From positions 24,684 to 88,683 of the forward strand of contig CAYFNK010000001.1 in assembly GCA_964344555.1 (NCBI GenBank): DNA of 64,000 bases. Reading direction: 5' to 3'. Shown piece by piece: positions 33,192 to 42,862 of this stretch (the stretch's first letter is position 1; each line of letters begins with the position of its first letter). A program made the translations under genes and the position numbers. The DNA is from Candidatus Woesearchaeota archaeon. GTDB taxonomy: Archaea > Nanobdellota > Nanobdellia > SCGC-AAA011-G17 > PNOQ01. A model generated the notes under the pieces. It saw nothing but the letters and a program-made list of their open reading frames with translations. It was not told the DNA's origin and did not search any database.

Positions 33192-33761
33192 ATGGAAAAT
33201 AAAGATATTTCTACTATCAGGGGTGCAGTTCAGGCACCATCCTTTGGAAATTCCCCAGAAAGTCTTCCTCCAGGATTAGAAGACGCCCCTTCACCAACTC
33301 CAAAGGAAATGGTAAAAAAAGAGGAAAGGGAAAAAGAAGGCATAGCTGTTAAAGATCTTTCTACACCTTTAAACCAACAGCCTCAACAAATTGGCACAAT
33401 AATGCCAGTTAGTAGTCCGGAGCCAACTGCAGAAAGAGCAAGTTTCGATGTTATAGAAGAAATAGCTGAAGCAGTTATAAGTGAAAAATGGGGCGATTTA
33501 GTTAGAGGAGTGGGAGACTTAAGATTATGGAAAGAAAAAGTAGATACTGATTTATCTGGAATAAAACAAGAAATAATAAGAACTCAAACAAGATTTGAAA
33601 ATCTACAAACTGCAATTATGGGTAAGGTTTCAGAATATGGGGAAGGAGTAACTGAAATTGGTGCGGAATTAAAAGCACTAGAAAAAGTTATGGAAAAAAT
33701 AATAAATCCCTTAACAAAAAGTGTAAAGGACTTACAAAAAGTAACAGATAAGATAAAATAA
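33192..33761 (+). CDS. Pro/Ser-rich plus coiled-coil protein (189 aa)
   Basis: ATG at 33192 with AGAGGAG SD (the track starts at 33156). Disordered N-terminal half and a helical C-terminal half. Confidence 0.5.
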   Translation: MENKDISTIRGAVQAPSFGNSPESLPPGLEDAPSPTPKEMVKKEEREKEGIAVKDLSTPLNQQPQQIGTIMPVSSPEPTAERASFDVIEEIAEAVISEKWGDLVRGVGDLRLWKEKVDTDLSGIKQEIIRTQTRFENLQTAIMGKVSEYGEGVTEIGAELKALEKVMEKIINPLTKSVKDLQKVTDKIK

Positions 33762-34262
33762 TTATTTATTTTCTACAATTAATTTAATAGTACTCGCAAC
33801 AATAATCAAGATAAAAATTGAACCTAAAACTCTTGGATGAAATAACGTTCTCAAAGTTTCCCATTCCGGATTAGCACCTACAGAATAAGGATTAAAAACA
33901 GGTCCAAAGATTACAGTTATGGACCATATCATAATAGCCAAACTTAACACCATAACAATTCCTTTGAGAGGGAGAATATCAGCAATTCCTTCTTTCAAAA
34001 AGGAAGAAGATACAAAAACAACCAAGATTACAGCAATTATCAACATTACAAACCAAGGAATTATTGTACTAACAAATTCAAAAGTACTTCCTGAAAACAT
34101 AGAAACTAAGGCAATAATTAAACCTATTACTAAATCCAATACGGGCTTTCCACCAAGTAACTTACTCTTCTGAAGAATTGCATATAATATTAACCAAATA
34201 AAAATAAAACTAAATACGGGGAGAAAAGATTCCAATAGGGTAATATCTAAAAATGTTGCCAT
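33762..34262 (-). CDS. membrane protein, member 1 of a tandem paralog trio
   Basis: 166 aa. Contains ...LPVFSFIFIWLILYAILQKSKLLGG... Confidence 0.55.
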   Translation of the reverse strand: MATFLDITLLESFLPVFSFIFIWLILYAILQKSKLLGGKPVLDLVIGLIIALVSMFSGSTFEFVSTIIPWFVMLIIAVILVVFVSSSFLKEGIADILPLKGIVMVLSLAIMIWSITVIFGPVFNPYSVGANPEWETLRTLFHPRVLGSIFILIIVASTIKLIVENK

Positions 34263-34269
34263 TATAATG

Positions 34270-34809
34270 TTACTTAGTAACTATTTTATATTCTTTTTTA
34301 TTTTTTCTTCCATGTGGACCTGTAACAATATAAATTATTACTCCAAACAAAACTAAAAAGAAAATAAAACTTATTGTAGAATCATCCAAGTACAACCAAT
34401 ATGGCCATAATTCTTCACCATAATAAGACGTTGCTAGAGACCATAATACTGCACCGATTGCTAAGACTGTTGCCCATGTCAAGGGGACGCTTATATTTTT
34501 CCCTTCTTCAGGAGTATGAAACAATGCAACAAGCAACATAATTAGTACAGCGATAACTATGAAGAACGAAATCTTAGGCAAGGTATTATTCAACAAAAAA
34601 ATTATATTAGTATTAAGAAGAACTGTCAGCGCTAAAATAATGGCTAAAACTACGTTCAAGTTAGACCTAGGACGACTATCAACTTCCCCAAACAATTTAG
34701 TCTTTTCTAATATTCCAAAAACAATAGTAAAAACCAAAAAGAAAGGTAAAACAAATTCATAAAAACCACTGGATTCTATTTGATAAAATAAAGAATAAAA
34801 ATCAACCAA
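34270..34809 (-). CDS. membrane protein, member 2 of the trio
   Basis: 179 aa. TTG start after AGGGGGA. Contains ...FVLPFFLVFTIVFGILEKTKLFGE... Confidence 0.55.
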   Translation of the reverse strand: MVDFYSLFYQIESSGFYEFVLPFFLVFTIVFGILEKTKLFGEVDSRPRSNLNVVLAIILALTVLLNTNIIFLLNNTLPKISFFIVIAVLIMLLVALFHTPEEGKNISVPLTWATVLAIGAVLWSLATSYYGEELWPYWLYLDDSTISFIFFLVLFGVIIYIVTGPHGRKNKKEYKIVTK

Positions 34810-34818
34810 TTTTTCCCC

Positions 34819-35364
34819 CTAAGAGCTTTTTCCTCCTCCAGAGGGCTTAGTTATGAACCATACTGCAAGAGCAATTAAACCAACTAAAACTACTCCACCA
34901 ACTAAATCATTACCAACATTGCTATACAATTCACCAAAGATATAAGACAACAGACTCTCACCCGAATCCATAGTCCATGCTCCCAAGAAAATAAGAATCA
35001 CACCTATGAACATAGCTACTGAAAAGAACCAATAATACCATGTTCTTTTTGTTTCTCCACCTTGTAAAAAATTATCATCCTTAAAAAACAATCCTATCAT
35101 CAACAAAAACGAAAATGCAATTATCAACAATAACAAAACATTGGGTATTGCAGTCAATATAGTCGCCACTATTTTATTAGCAGATATAACTATTAAGGCA
35201 AATACAAGAGCAACCACAGAATCAAGATTATCTTTGCTACCTAATAATTTTGTTTTCTGAAGAATTGCATAAGTTATTGCAAATATAAGTAAAAAGGGCA
35301 AGATAACATCAAACAATCCGAAGTCTTTCAAAAACTCTATTGTACTTTGTAGTTTAGAAGCCAT
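34819..35364 (-). CDS. membrane protein, member 3 of the trio
   Basis: 181 aa. Contains ...DVILPFLLIFAITYAILQKTKLLGS... Confidence 0.55.
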   Translation of the reverse strand: MASKLQSTIEFLKDFGLFDVILPFLLIFAITYAILQKTKLLGSKDNLDSVVALVFALIVISANKIVATILTAIPNVLLLLIIAFSFLLMIGLFFKDDNFLQGGETKRTWYYWFFSVAMFIGVILIFLGAWTMDSGESLLSYIFGELYSNVGNDLVGGVVLVGLIALAVWFITKPSGGGKSS

Positions 35365-35409
35365 AGTTAAAAATTAAAATTAAGATAGGAATATTTAAAG
35401 CTTATGTTT

Positions 35410-35688
35410 TTAATTCATAAGTTCTGGGGCCTTCTCTTCATAAGTAGGTATCTCTGCCTTTGTGATTATCATTATATCTCCGATAGATTTAACCAATTTA
35501 TGGGGAACTATAACACCTTTAGCACCACCTAAAACTTTACCTAAATACGATCTTTTAGTTGATCTTACTTTCCAACCAAACACCTTATTTGATGTTATTA
35601 AAGATTCTTCAATTTCTCCGAAATATTCTCCGGAATCAGTATAAACAGACATGCTCATAACATCAGATATTCTTTTTGTCTTTAACAT
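35410..35688 (-). CDS. PRC-barrel domain protein
   Basis: ATG at 35688 with AGGAGGA SD. VYTDSGEYFGEIEESLI...GVIVPHKLVKSIGDIMII. Confidence 0.6.
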   Translation of the reverse strand: MLKTKRISDVMSMSVYTDSGEYFGEIEESLITSNKVFGWKVRSTKRSYLGKVLGGAKGVIVPHKLVKSIGDIMIITKAEIPTYEEKAPELMN

Positions 35689-35749
35689 TATCTTCCTCCT
35701 AAGATTAATCAAGCAGAAGTCTTTTAAACTTTATATATATTTCTACACT

Positions 35750-36433
35750 ATGCCCTCTGTATATAAAAATATTATTCTACTAGGAACCTCTCATATTGCA
35801 AAACAGAGCATAGAAGAAATCAAGTACTTAATTGAAAAAGAGAAGCCAGACTTAATTGCACTTGAATTAGATTATATCCGATTCAGATCCCTATTGACTA
35901 AAAAAAAGAGGAAAATAAAACTAAAAGACATAAGCAAAATTGGATTTACTGGTTTTTTGTTTAATATAATTGGTGCCTGGTCTGAAAAGAAACTTGGAAA
36001 ACTAGTGAAGGTTTCTCCAGGATCAGAAATGTTAACTGCAATAAAGATTGCAAAAAAAGAGAAGATAAATATTGTACTTATAGACCAAGATATAAGGATA
36101 ACTTTAAGAAAATTATCTAAAAACATGGGTTGGAGAGAAAAACTAAGATTTATTGGAGATTTATTATTAGCCTCAAGATATAAAAGAGAAATCAAAAATT
36201 TGGATCTATCAAAAGTTCCAGACAAACAAACTATCAAAAGTCTAACTAATAAATTCAGAAAAAAATATCCTTCAACATATAAGATATTAGTAACTGAAAG
36301 AAATTTATTTATGGCAAAAAACTTAAATAAATTAAGGAGTAACTCAAATAAAAAGATACTTGCCATAGTCGGTGCAGGCCATGAAGAAGAAATGATTAGA
36401 ATAATAAAAAATGAAGACAAAAAACTTATTTGA
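35750..36433 (+). CDS. TraB/GumN-family protein
   Basis: ATG at 35750, just after TATA-like CTTTATATATAT. IILLGTSHIAKQSIEEIKYLIEKEKPDLIALELD. Confidence 0.6.
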   Translation: MPSVYKNIILLGTSHIAKQSIEEIKYLIEKEKPDLIALELDYIRFRSLLTKKKRKIKLKDISKIGFTGFLFNIIGAWSEKKLGKLVKVSPGSEMLTAIKIAKKEKINIVLIDQDIRITLRKLSKNMGWREKLRFIGDLLLASRYKREIKNLDLSKVPDKQTIKSLTNKFRKKYPSTYKILVTERNLFMAKNLNKLRSNSNKKILAIVGAGHEEEMIRIIKNEDKKLI

Positions 36434-37184
36434 TAAAACTGAGATAAAAAATCTTACGATTGCAGCAGTGGTTCTTGGTTTTGTTTTTTCCTTTAGAAAT
36501 TGGGGATACGGTGAAACATTTATTCTTTCAGTAGGAATATATAATTTAATCCTCACAAGTATTGCAGCAGCAATAGTTCTGTTGATATATCAAACTTCAC
36601 ACAAATTAATTGCAAAAAGATATGGTTGTAAATCTACATTTAGGATATGGGGGATTAAGAGATTTTGGTTCTATAGAAGAGCAAAAATAAAAAATTTGAG
36701 AATATTTGGAAAAAAATACGAATCACTTAAATTAGGGGTAATTTTGCCTATTTTCTTTTCGTTTGTTTCAAATGGAATTATAAAGTTTTGTGCAATAGGC
36801 AGCTCAGAGATATCAGAGATAAAGTTGCAAGGACTTGGAAAAAAATTTAGAAAGTTGACAGACTTTGACACCGCAGTTATTCACTTAGTAGGCCCTATGG
36901 CTCTTTTATTTACTGCACTTATACTAACTAATAATGGACAATTTGAAAATGTTTCAAAAATAGCATACTTTGTAGCAATTTTTTCTATGATTCCACTATC
37001 TCAACTTGATGGTTCAAAAATTTTCTTTGGTTCTCCTTTTTTATATATTTTTAGCCTAGCATTTATGATTCTATCTATAGCAGTTATCCAGCTGGCTGGA
37101 CTACTGACTGCTCTTGTATTTGCAGGAATTTCTGCAATAATAATTCTAATTTTATTTATGGTAAAATATTCTCATCTTTCTTGA
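36411..37184 (+). CDS. site-2-protease (M50)-like membrane protein with a degenerate active site
   Basis: Polytopic. YQTSHKLIAKRYG sits where M50 has HExxH...G. The LDG-type motif is retained (PLSQLDGSKIFFG). Confidence 0.5.
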   Translation: MKTKNLFDKTEIKNLTIAAVVLGFVFSFRNWGYGETFILSVGIYNLILTSIAAAIVLLIYQTSHKLIAKRYGCKSTFRIWGIKRFWFYRRAKIKNLRIFGKKYESLKLGVILPIFFSFVSNGIIKFCAIGSSEISEIKLQGLGKKFRKLTDFDTAVIHLVGPMALLFTALILTNNGQFENVSKIAYFVAIFSMIPLSQLDGSKIFFGSPFLYIFSLAFMILSIAVIQLAGLLTALVFAGISAIIILILFMVKYSHLS

Positions 37185-37230
37185 CAAAGACAATAAAACT
37201 ATTTATAAAATAAAATAGACTAACTATTTT

Positions 37231-39423
37231 ATGGCCGACATAACTTTTAAACCTAGATTATACCAAGAAACAATATTGCATACTTGTTTACAGAAAAACA
37301 CACTAGTAGTTCTTCCAACGGGCCTAGGAAAAACCAAAATTGCAATAATGGCTTTGGCAAAAAGACTAAAGGATAATCCTCTCTCAAAAGCATTATTTCT
37401 TACACCTACCAAGCCTTTAGCAAGTCAAATATTTAATGAAATTAGAGGGTGCATAACTGAAAAGGAAGTATCTTTATTTACTGGAAGCGTTCCGCCTAAT
37501 AAAAGAAAAGAATTATGGAAAAAATCAAAAGTAATTATTAGCACGCCTCAATGTATAGAAAACGATTTACTAAATAAAAATTTAAATGTGAAAGAGGTTT
37601 CACTTTTAGTAATTGATGAAGCCCATAGGGCAGTTCAAGATTATTCATATAATTGGATAACAAAAGAATATCACAAAACTTCAGACTATGAAAGAATAAT
37701 TGGCTTAACTGCTTCTCCAGGATCAGATTTAGGAAAAATATTAGAAGTATGTAAAAATTTATATTCAAAAGAAGTAGAAATACGTACTGAAAAAGATCCA
37801 GACGTAAAACCCTATATTCAGGAAGCAAGAATAAAAAAAGAGTTAATAGAATTGCCTGAAGATTTCAAAAAAATTAGAAAGTATTTAAAAGATTCGTTAA
37901 AATCTAAACTGATCAAAATTAAAGAACAAGGAACACTTTCTTTATCTTCTAGTCCTTCAAAAACTGAGATTTTAAATTCACAAGCAAGATTACAAGGAGA
38001 ACTAGCCAGAGGATCAAAAGATTATAACACTTTCAAATCTATCTCACTACTTGCCGAAGTTTTGAAATTGAGTCATGCCATAGATTTATTAGAAACACAA
38101 GGAATAAGTTCACTTAGCTCTTATTTTGAGTCTATTTTCAAAGATTCAAGAAATAAAAAAACTAAAGCAGTAAAAAATTTGGTGAATGACTTAAATTTCA
38201 AATCTGCATATATTTTAACTGAAAAACTTAATCAGAAAAAAACAAAACATCCAAAACAAAAAAGACTCAAGGAAATAATAAAAGATAGCATAAAAAAGGA
38301 CCCAAACCTTAAGATAATTGTATTCAATAATTACAGAAATTCAGTTAATGAATTAGAAAAAGAACTTAACAAAATTAAAAGGGTAAAAGCAAAATTATTT
38401 GTGGGTCAAGCAAAAAAAGAAGGTATAAGTCTTCGTCAAAAAGATCAATTAAAAATTTTAGAAGATTTCAACAACAGCATGTACAACTGCCTTATTTCTA
38501 CATCTATTGGCGAAGAAGGGCTGGATTTGCCAAAAGTTGATCTAGTTATTTTCTATGAACCTGTTCCTTCGGCAATTAGATCAATACAACGTAGAGGGAG
38601 AACTGCGAGGCACGATACAGGAAATATAATAATTTTGGTAACAAAGAACACGAGAGATGAATCAAATTTTTGGGCAGCGCATCATAAAGAAAAAAGAATG
38701 TATTCAGTACTAGACAAAGTAAGAAAAAAATTAAATGAACAGACTCAACCAACAATAAAAAGTTTTATTGAAAAAACAAACTCAATAATTTACGTTGATT
38801 CAAGAGAGGGAAGTTCCGGCATAACAAAGCAACTTCATGAAATAGGTTTAGATGTTAGAATTAAACCTCTTCCTACTGCAGATTTTATAATTTCTGAAAA
38901 AGTAGGAATTGAGAGAAAAACACCAAGAGATTTTATAGATTCAATCATAGATAAAAGACTATTTACTCAAATAAGAGGATTAAGAGAAAATTTTGAAAAG
39001 CCCTTGCTTATTATAGAGGGAACTGAAGATATTTATTCCATTAGAAACATCCACCCAAATGCAATAAGAGGTATGCTTGCCACCATAACCTTATCTTACG
39101 GCATACCTATTGTTTACACAAAAAATATCAAGGACACTGCAGAATTCATAAAAATAATATCTTTAAGAGAACAAAATCCAAACTCCAAAGACATAGGAAT
39201 TAGACTAGATAAAAAACCTGTAACAACAAAAGAACAACAAGAGTATATCATAGAGTCCTTTCCAGGAATTGGGCCGTCGATGGCTAAGAGCCTACTTAAA
39301 AAATTCAAAAAAATAGAAGATATAGTTAATGCCTCTCAAAAAGATCTTGAAAAAATAGAAAGTATTGGTGAAAAGAGAGCAAAAGAAATTAAAAGAATTT
39401 TGAAAGAGATATATGAAGATTAG
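37231..39423 (+). CDS. hef: Hef helicase/nuclease (FANCM/XPF-like)
   Basis: 730 aa. VLPTGLGKT, VIDEAHRA, ERK nuclease motif GIERKTPRDF and C-terminal HhH2 FPGIGPSMAKSLLKKF. Confidence 0.9.
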   Translation: MADITFKPRLYQETILHTCLQKNTLVVLPTGLGKTKIAIMALAKRLKDNPLSKALFLTPTKPLASQIFNEIRGCITEKEVSLFTGSVPPNKRKELWKKSKVIISTPQCIENDLLNKNLNVKEVSLLVIDEAHRAVQDYSYNWITKEYHKTSDYERIIGLTASPGSDLGKILEVCKNLYSKEVEIRTEKDPDVKPYIQEARIKKELIELPEDFKKIRKYLKDSLKSKLIKIKEQGTLSLSSSPSKTEILNSQARLQGELARGSKDYNTFKSISLLAEVLKLSHAIDLLETQGISSLSSYFESIFKDSRNKKTKAVKNLVNDLNFKSAYILTEKLNQKKTKHPKQKRLKEIIKDSIKKDPNLKIIVFNNYRNSVNELEKELNKIKRVKAKLFVGQAKKEGISLRQKDQLKILEDFNNSMYNCLISTSIGEEGLDLPKVDLVIFYEPVPSAIRSIQRRGRTARHDTGNIIILVTKNTRDESNFWAAHHKEKRMYSVLDKVRKKLNEQTQPTIKSFIEKTNSIIYVDSREGSSGITKQLHEIGLDVRIKPLPTADFIISEKVGIERKTPRDFIDSIIDKRLFTQIRGLRENFEKPLLIIEGTEDIYSIRNIHPNAIRGMLATITLSYGIPIVYTKNIKDTAEFIKIISLREQNPNSKDIGIRLDKKPVTTKEQQEYIIESFPGIGPSMAKSLLKKFKKIEDIVNASQKDLEKIESIGEKRAKEIKRILKEIYED

Positions 39424-40679
39424 GTTATTTCTTCTGAAGATATTTTAAGAATAACAGGATTACTCACTATGGGCCTATTATTTATTTCTACTTGAGAAAT
39501 AATATCTTCATTAGGAAAATAAGAATAGGTATATAATTTTTCTCCATCGCTTTCTATATTTATTTCATTCGGCTCAGGGTCAAAAGGGAGGATCAAAATA
39601 TCAGCAGAAGGTTCAAAAAAGTATTCTCCTCCAACAACTCCAAACTCATCATGTCCCTCAACAATTAAGATATTATAAATCCCTTTCTTAGGTACACTTA
39701 TGGAAACCTCTCCCTGAGAGATTGTTATTTTTTCATCAGAATAGCTATTCAAGCTTTCACTAGGATAGCCAAAGTTTCCTTGGTCTACAGAGATTATCTC
39801 ACATTCAGTATTTTCAAAATTACATTCATACTTAACAAGGTTTACTAAGGTGGGCCCAATACTAGGAGAAAATCCTAGCTCTTCACTATTTTTGCTATTT
39901 CCTAAAATGGCTTGTTCAATAATATATTCATCAAACAACCCGTACCTATTTGATTCCCAATAATCTCTCATTATTCCTGTCTTGATTGGTCTATAATTTT
40001 CGTTATTTATACACCCTATATGACATTCTGAACCCCCTATTACTTGAAATTTAGGACAGGTCATTTGAGAATCACAGTTAGGACCTTCAAATAATATCCT
40101 CCCGTCTTGCCAAGTATATTCATCTAATAATCCTGAAAACTGGTGTCCAAATTCATGTGCAAAAACCAAAGGATCATCTCCTGAATTTACAGAAGCAATC
40201 CCTCTCCAAGAACTAGACCTCAAATGACTAAAGAAAGTTATAACTCCTTTTGGTTCAACAAGAACTACAGGATAATCATACGGACAATCTAAAGAAGAAG
40301 TTTTAACTTTAACAGGATCGCACACCACTGCATCATTATCATAACTACAACCAAGGTCTGAATCAAGAGATTCTATTCTAAAAAAATTAAATCTTTCCTT
40401 GTACTCACTATATGGCAAGGTATTCAAAAAACTATTCCTCATGGTTTCAGTATCTTCTACAAAGTTATCAATACTTTTATAGTTCTCAGCTAAAAAAACT
40501 ATATCTATAGAATCATCATAACTCCCCCTATCCTGCATTATTACGCAACCCTGTTCAGGACTAGAAGGGGCCCTAGTTTTCAATAAGTTAAACACAGAAA
40601 CAGATCCAAAAACAATTCCTACGACGACTATTATAAGTACAACAAAAGGTAACCAACTTCTTCTTTTTCTAGTAATCAT
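39420..40679 (-). CDS. membrane-anchored M64-like zinc metallopeptidase
   Basis: N-terminal TM segment LPFVVLIIVVVGIVFGSV. FAHEFGHQFSGLLDEY matches the M64 HEFGHxFxxLxDEY signature. Confidence 0.6.
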   Translation of the reverse strand: MITRKRRSWLPFVVLIIVVVGIVFGSVSVFNLLKTRAPSSPEQGCVIMQDRGSYDDSIDIVFLAENYKSIDNFVEDTETMRNSFLNTLPYSEYKERFNFFRIESLDSDLGCSYDNDAVVCDPVKVKTSSLDCPYDYPVVLVEPKGVITFFSHLRSSSWRGIASVNSGDDPLVFAHEFGHQFSGLLDEYTWQDGRILFEGPNCDSQMTCPKFQVIGGSECHIGCINNENYRPIKTGIMRDYWESNRYGLFDEYIIEQAILGNSKNSEELGFSPSIGPTLVNLVKYECNFENTECEIISVDQGNFGYPSESLNSYSDEKITISQGEVSISVPKKGIYNILIVEGHDEFGVVGGEYFFEPSADILILPFDPEPNEINIESDGEKLYTYSYFPNEDIISQVEINNRPIVSNPVILKISSEEIT

Positions 40680-40710
40680 TAGAATAACCTTAAATAGTAG
40701 ATATATAAAA

Positions 40711-41247
40711 TTATTTATTAAATTCTTTTAATATTTTATAATTTGGTCCATCTTTTGTTAATTTACTTCTAATCAAATAAAATTTATCTATACTAAATTT
40801 TTTATTTTTTACTTTTACTTCTTTCAAAATTTTAGAAAATTTGTTTTCATTTTTGATAAGTTTTATTCTCCCAAGAGTTAGATGTGGGGAAAAAGATTGA
40901 TCAAATTTAAAATTACTTAACAATTCTTCATCAACTTCCTGTTGTAATTTAATGACTTTTTTCTTTGGAGTTATCTCAGTCCAAAGGGCCTTTACCTGGC
41001 CATTTTTCTTAAAAAAATTAAGCTGTCCTAATCTTATTTCAAATGGATCAAATTTTATTCTTTCTAATTTATCATAAATCACTTTCAAATCTTTTTTATC
41101 AACATCCCCTAGATATTTTAAAGTTAGATGTAAATTTTTCTTAGAAATCCATTTAATTTTAGCAACATCAGAAGAAAATTTTTTTTGAACAGCAAATAGT
41201 TCTGTCCGGATTTCTTCAGGAAGAATCAGTCCTACGAACAGCCTCAT
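40711..41247 (-). CDS. ligT: RNA 2',3'-cyclic phosphodiesterase / 2'-5' RNA ligase (2H family)
   Basis: Two HxTx motifs: HLTLKYLG and HLTLGRI. Confidence 0.8.
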   Translation of the reverse strand: MRLFVGLILPEEIRTELFAVQKKFSSDVAKIKWISKKNLHLTLKYLGDVDKKDLKVIYDKLERIKFDPFEIRLGQLNFFKKNGQVKALWTEITPKKKVIKLQQEVDEELLSNFKFDQSFSPHLTLGRIKLIKNENKFSKILKEVKVKNKKFSIDKFYLIRSKLTKDGPNYKILKEFNK

Positions 41248-41344
41248 TTTTCATCTTTTCCTTAAATGACCTCTCTCCAAATAAAACCCAGTAAACAACT
41301 AACAAACTTATTACAGAAAGAAACATAATTAGTCTATCGTCCAT
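41216..41344 (-). CDS. possible 42-aa single-TM peptide, not in ORF track
   Basis: MDDRLIMFLSVISLLVVYWVLFGERSF... begins 2 nt after the PAN stop and overlaps the ligT start. Weak. Confidence 0.2.
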   Translation of the reverse strand: MDDRLIMFLSVISLLVVYWVLFGERSFKEKMKNEAVRRTDSS

Positions 41345-41345
41345 C

Positions 41346-42464
41346 TTACCCAAACATTTTGATAGGATCTTCTTCTATTTCTTCTTGTCTAATCTTATCA
41401 ATGGCGCTCATAAAATCGGACATATTTGCAGTAGTTCTCTTATTCCTTATTGCGAAATATCCTGCCTCAGTACACATAGATTTCATTTCTGCACCAGAAA
41501 AACCTTCAGTAAGTTTAGTAATTTGAATTGGGTCAATTTTATTAAGCCTCATGTTGTTAGAGTGTATACCAAAAATTTCTGTTCTAGCTTCCACTGAGGG
41601 AAGGGGGATGTGGATTAATCTATCTAATCTTCCTGGTCTAATTATTGCACTATCCAAGACATCTATCCTATTAGTAGCACCAATTATTTTTACATTATCC
41701 AAAGAGTCAAATCCATCTATCTCACTAAGTAATTGCATACATGTTCTTTGAACTTCTCTTTCTCCACTTGTGCCCATTTCTACTCTTTCTGAAGCTATGG
41801 CATCAAGTTCATCTATAAAAATAATTGAAGGTGCTCTTTCTCTAGCAAGATTAAATATATCTTTTACAAGTTTTGCTCCTTCTCCTATAAATTTCTGAAC
41901 AAGTTCACTACCTACAATTTCTATAAATGTAGAATTTGTACTTTTGGCTACTGCTTTAGCTAAAATGGTTTTTCCAGTACCGGGTGGGCCATATAATAAC
42001 GCTCCCTTCGGAGGATGTATTCCAACTTTTTTGAATAACTTGGGATTTTTGAGAGGAAGTTCAACAACTTCATGAATTTCTTTTATTTGATCCTCAAGTC
42101 CTCCAATTTCTTTCCAAGATATTTCAGGTTTTTCCATAATCACAAAATTTTCAACATCAAAGTGCTTAACATTTTCAATAATATCTACAATGGTCAGAGA
42201 CTTCTGTTCAGCTAAAACTCTCTGTCCGGGGCCAATTTTATCAGCTAGAGAAGGATTAAAATTAACCAAAAATTTATTTCCATTTTGTAATCTTATAATT
42301 ATCTTTTCTCCGACTACCTTGACAACATCACAAACTATAAGGGGGGGGTTCTTGTAATTATCAAGTTCTTTTTTTAGAGTCGATACGGTTTCTCTTAACT
42401 TCTTATTCTCTTCGTCTAAATCAAAAAAAGAATCATTACTCTGCTTTTTAGATAATATACCCAT
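41346..42464 (-). CDS. pan: proteasome-activating nucleotidase PAN
   Basis: N-terminal coiled coil and OB region, GPPGTGKT and IIFIDELD. AAA+ protein. Confidence 0.9.
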   Translation of the reverse strand: MGILSKKQSNDSFFDLDEENKKLRETVSTLKKELDNYKNPPLIVCDVVKVVGEKIIIRLQNGNKFLVNFNPSLADKIGPGQRVLAEQKSLTIVDIIENVKHFDVENFVIMEKPEISWKEIGGLEDQIKEIHEVVELPLKNPKLFKKVGIHPPKGALLYGPPGTGKTILAKAVAKSTNSTFIEIVGSELVQKFIGEGAKLVKDIFNLARERAPSIIFIDELDAIASERVEMGTSGEREVQRTCMQLLSEIDGFDSLDNVKIIGATNRIDVLDSAIIRPGRLDRLIHIPLPSVEARTEIFGIHSNNMRLNKIDPIQITKLTEGFSGAEMKSMCTEAGYFAIRNKRTTANMSDFMSAIDKIRQEEIEEDPIKMFG

Positions 42465-42514
42465 TTAAATCTAGAAATCAATTATTATTTATAAGGGTTA
42501 CCATATCCAGTTAT

Positions 42515-42862
42515 ATGGATGAAAAAAACTTAGTTACTATTTCATTATTCTTTTCATTGGTAGGAATATTAATCTTAATTTTTTTATCCGGAAACATAGA
42601 ACCACCTTTCTACAAAATTTCAGAGATAGATAAAAGCCTTAAAGAAAAAACCATAACTACCATAGGAAAAATTTCTCTACTAAAAGAAACAAAGGATATT
42701 TTTATATTTACACTTAATGATGATTTTTCAGATATTATTGTTATTGCCTTTAAGGAAGATAATTTAAGTTTAGAAAAAAATACGGAAGTCAAGATAGTTG
42801 GAAAGATTATAGAATATAACGGCGAATTAGAAATCCAGGCAAAAGAAATTTTCACAATATGA
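42515..42862 (+). CDS. membrane-anchored OB-fold protein
   Basis: N-terminal TM segment. TTIGKISLLKE...VKIVGKIIEYNGELEIQAKEI resembles the tRNA_anti-type OB fold. Confidence 0.5.
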   Translation: MDEKNLVTISLFFSLVGILILIFLSGNIEPPFYKISEIDKSLKEKTITTIGKISLLKETKDIFIFTLNDDFSDIIVIAFKEDNLSLEKNTEVKIVGKIIEYNGELEIQAKEIFTI

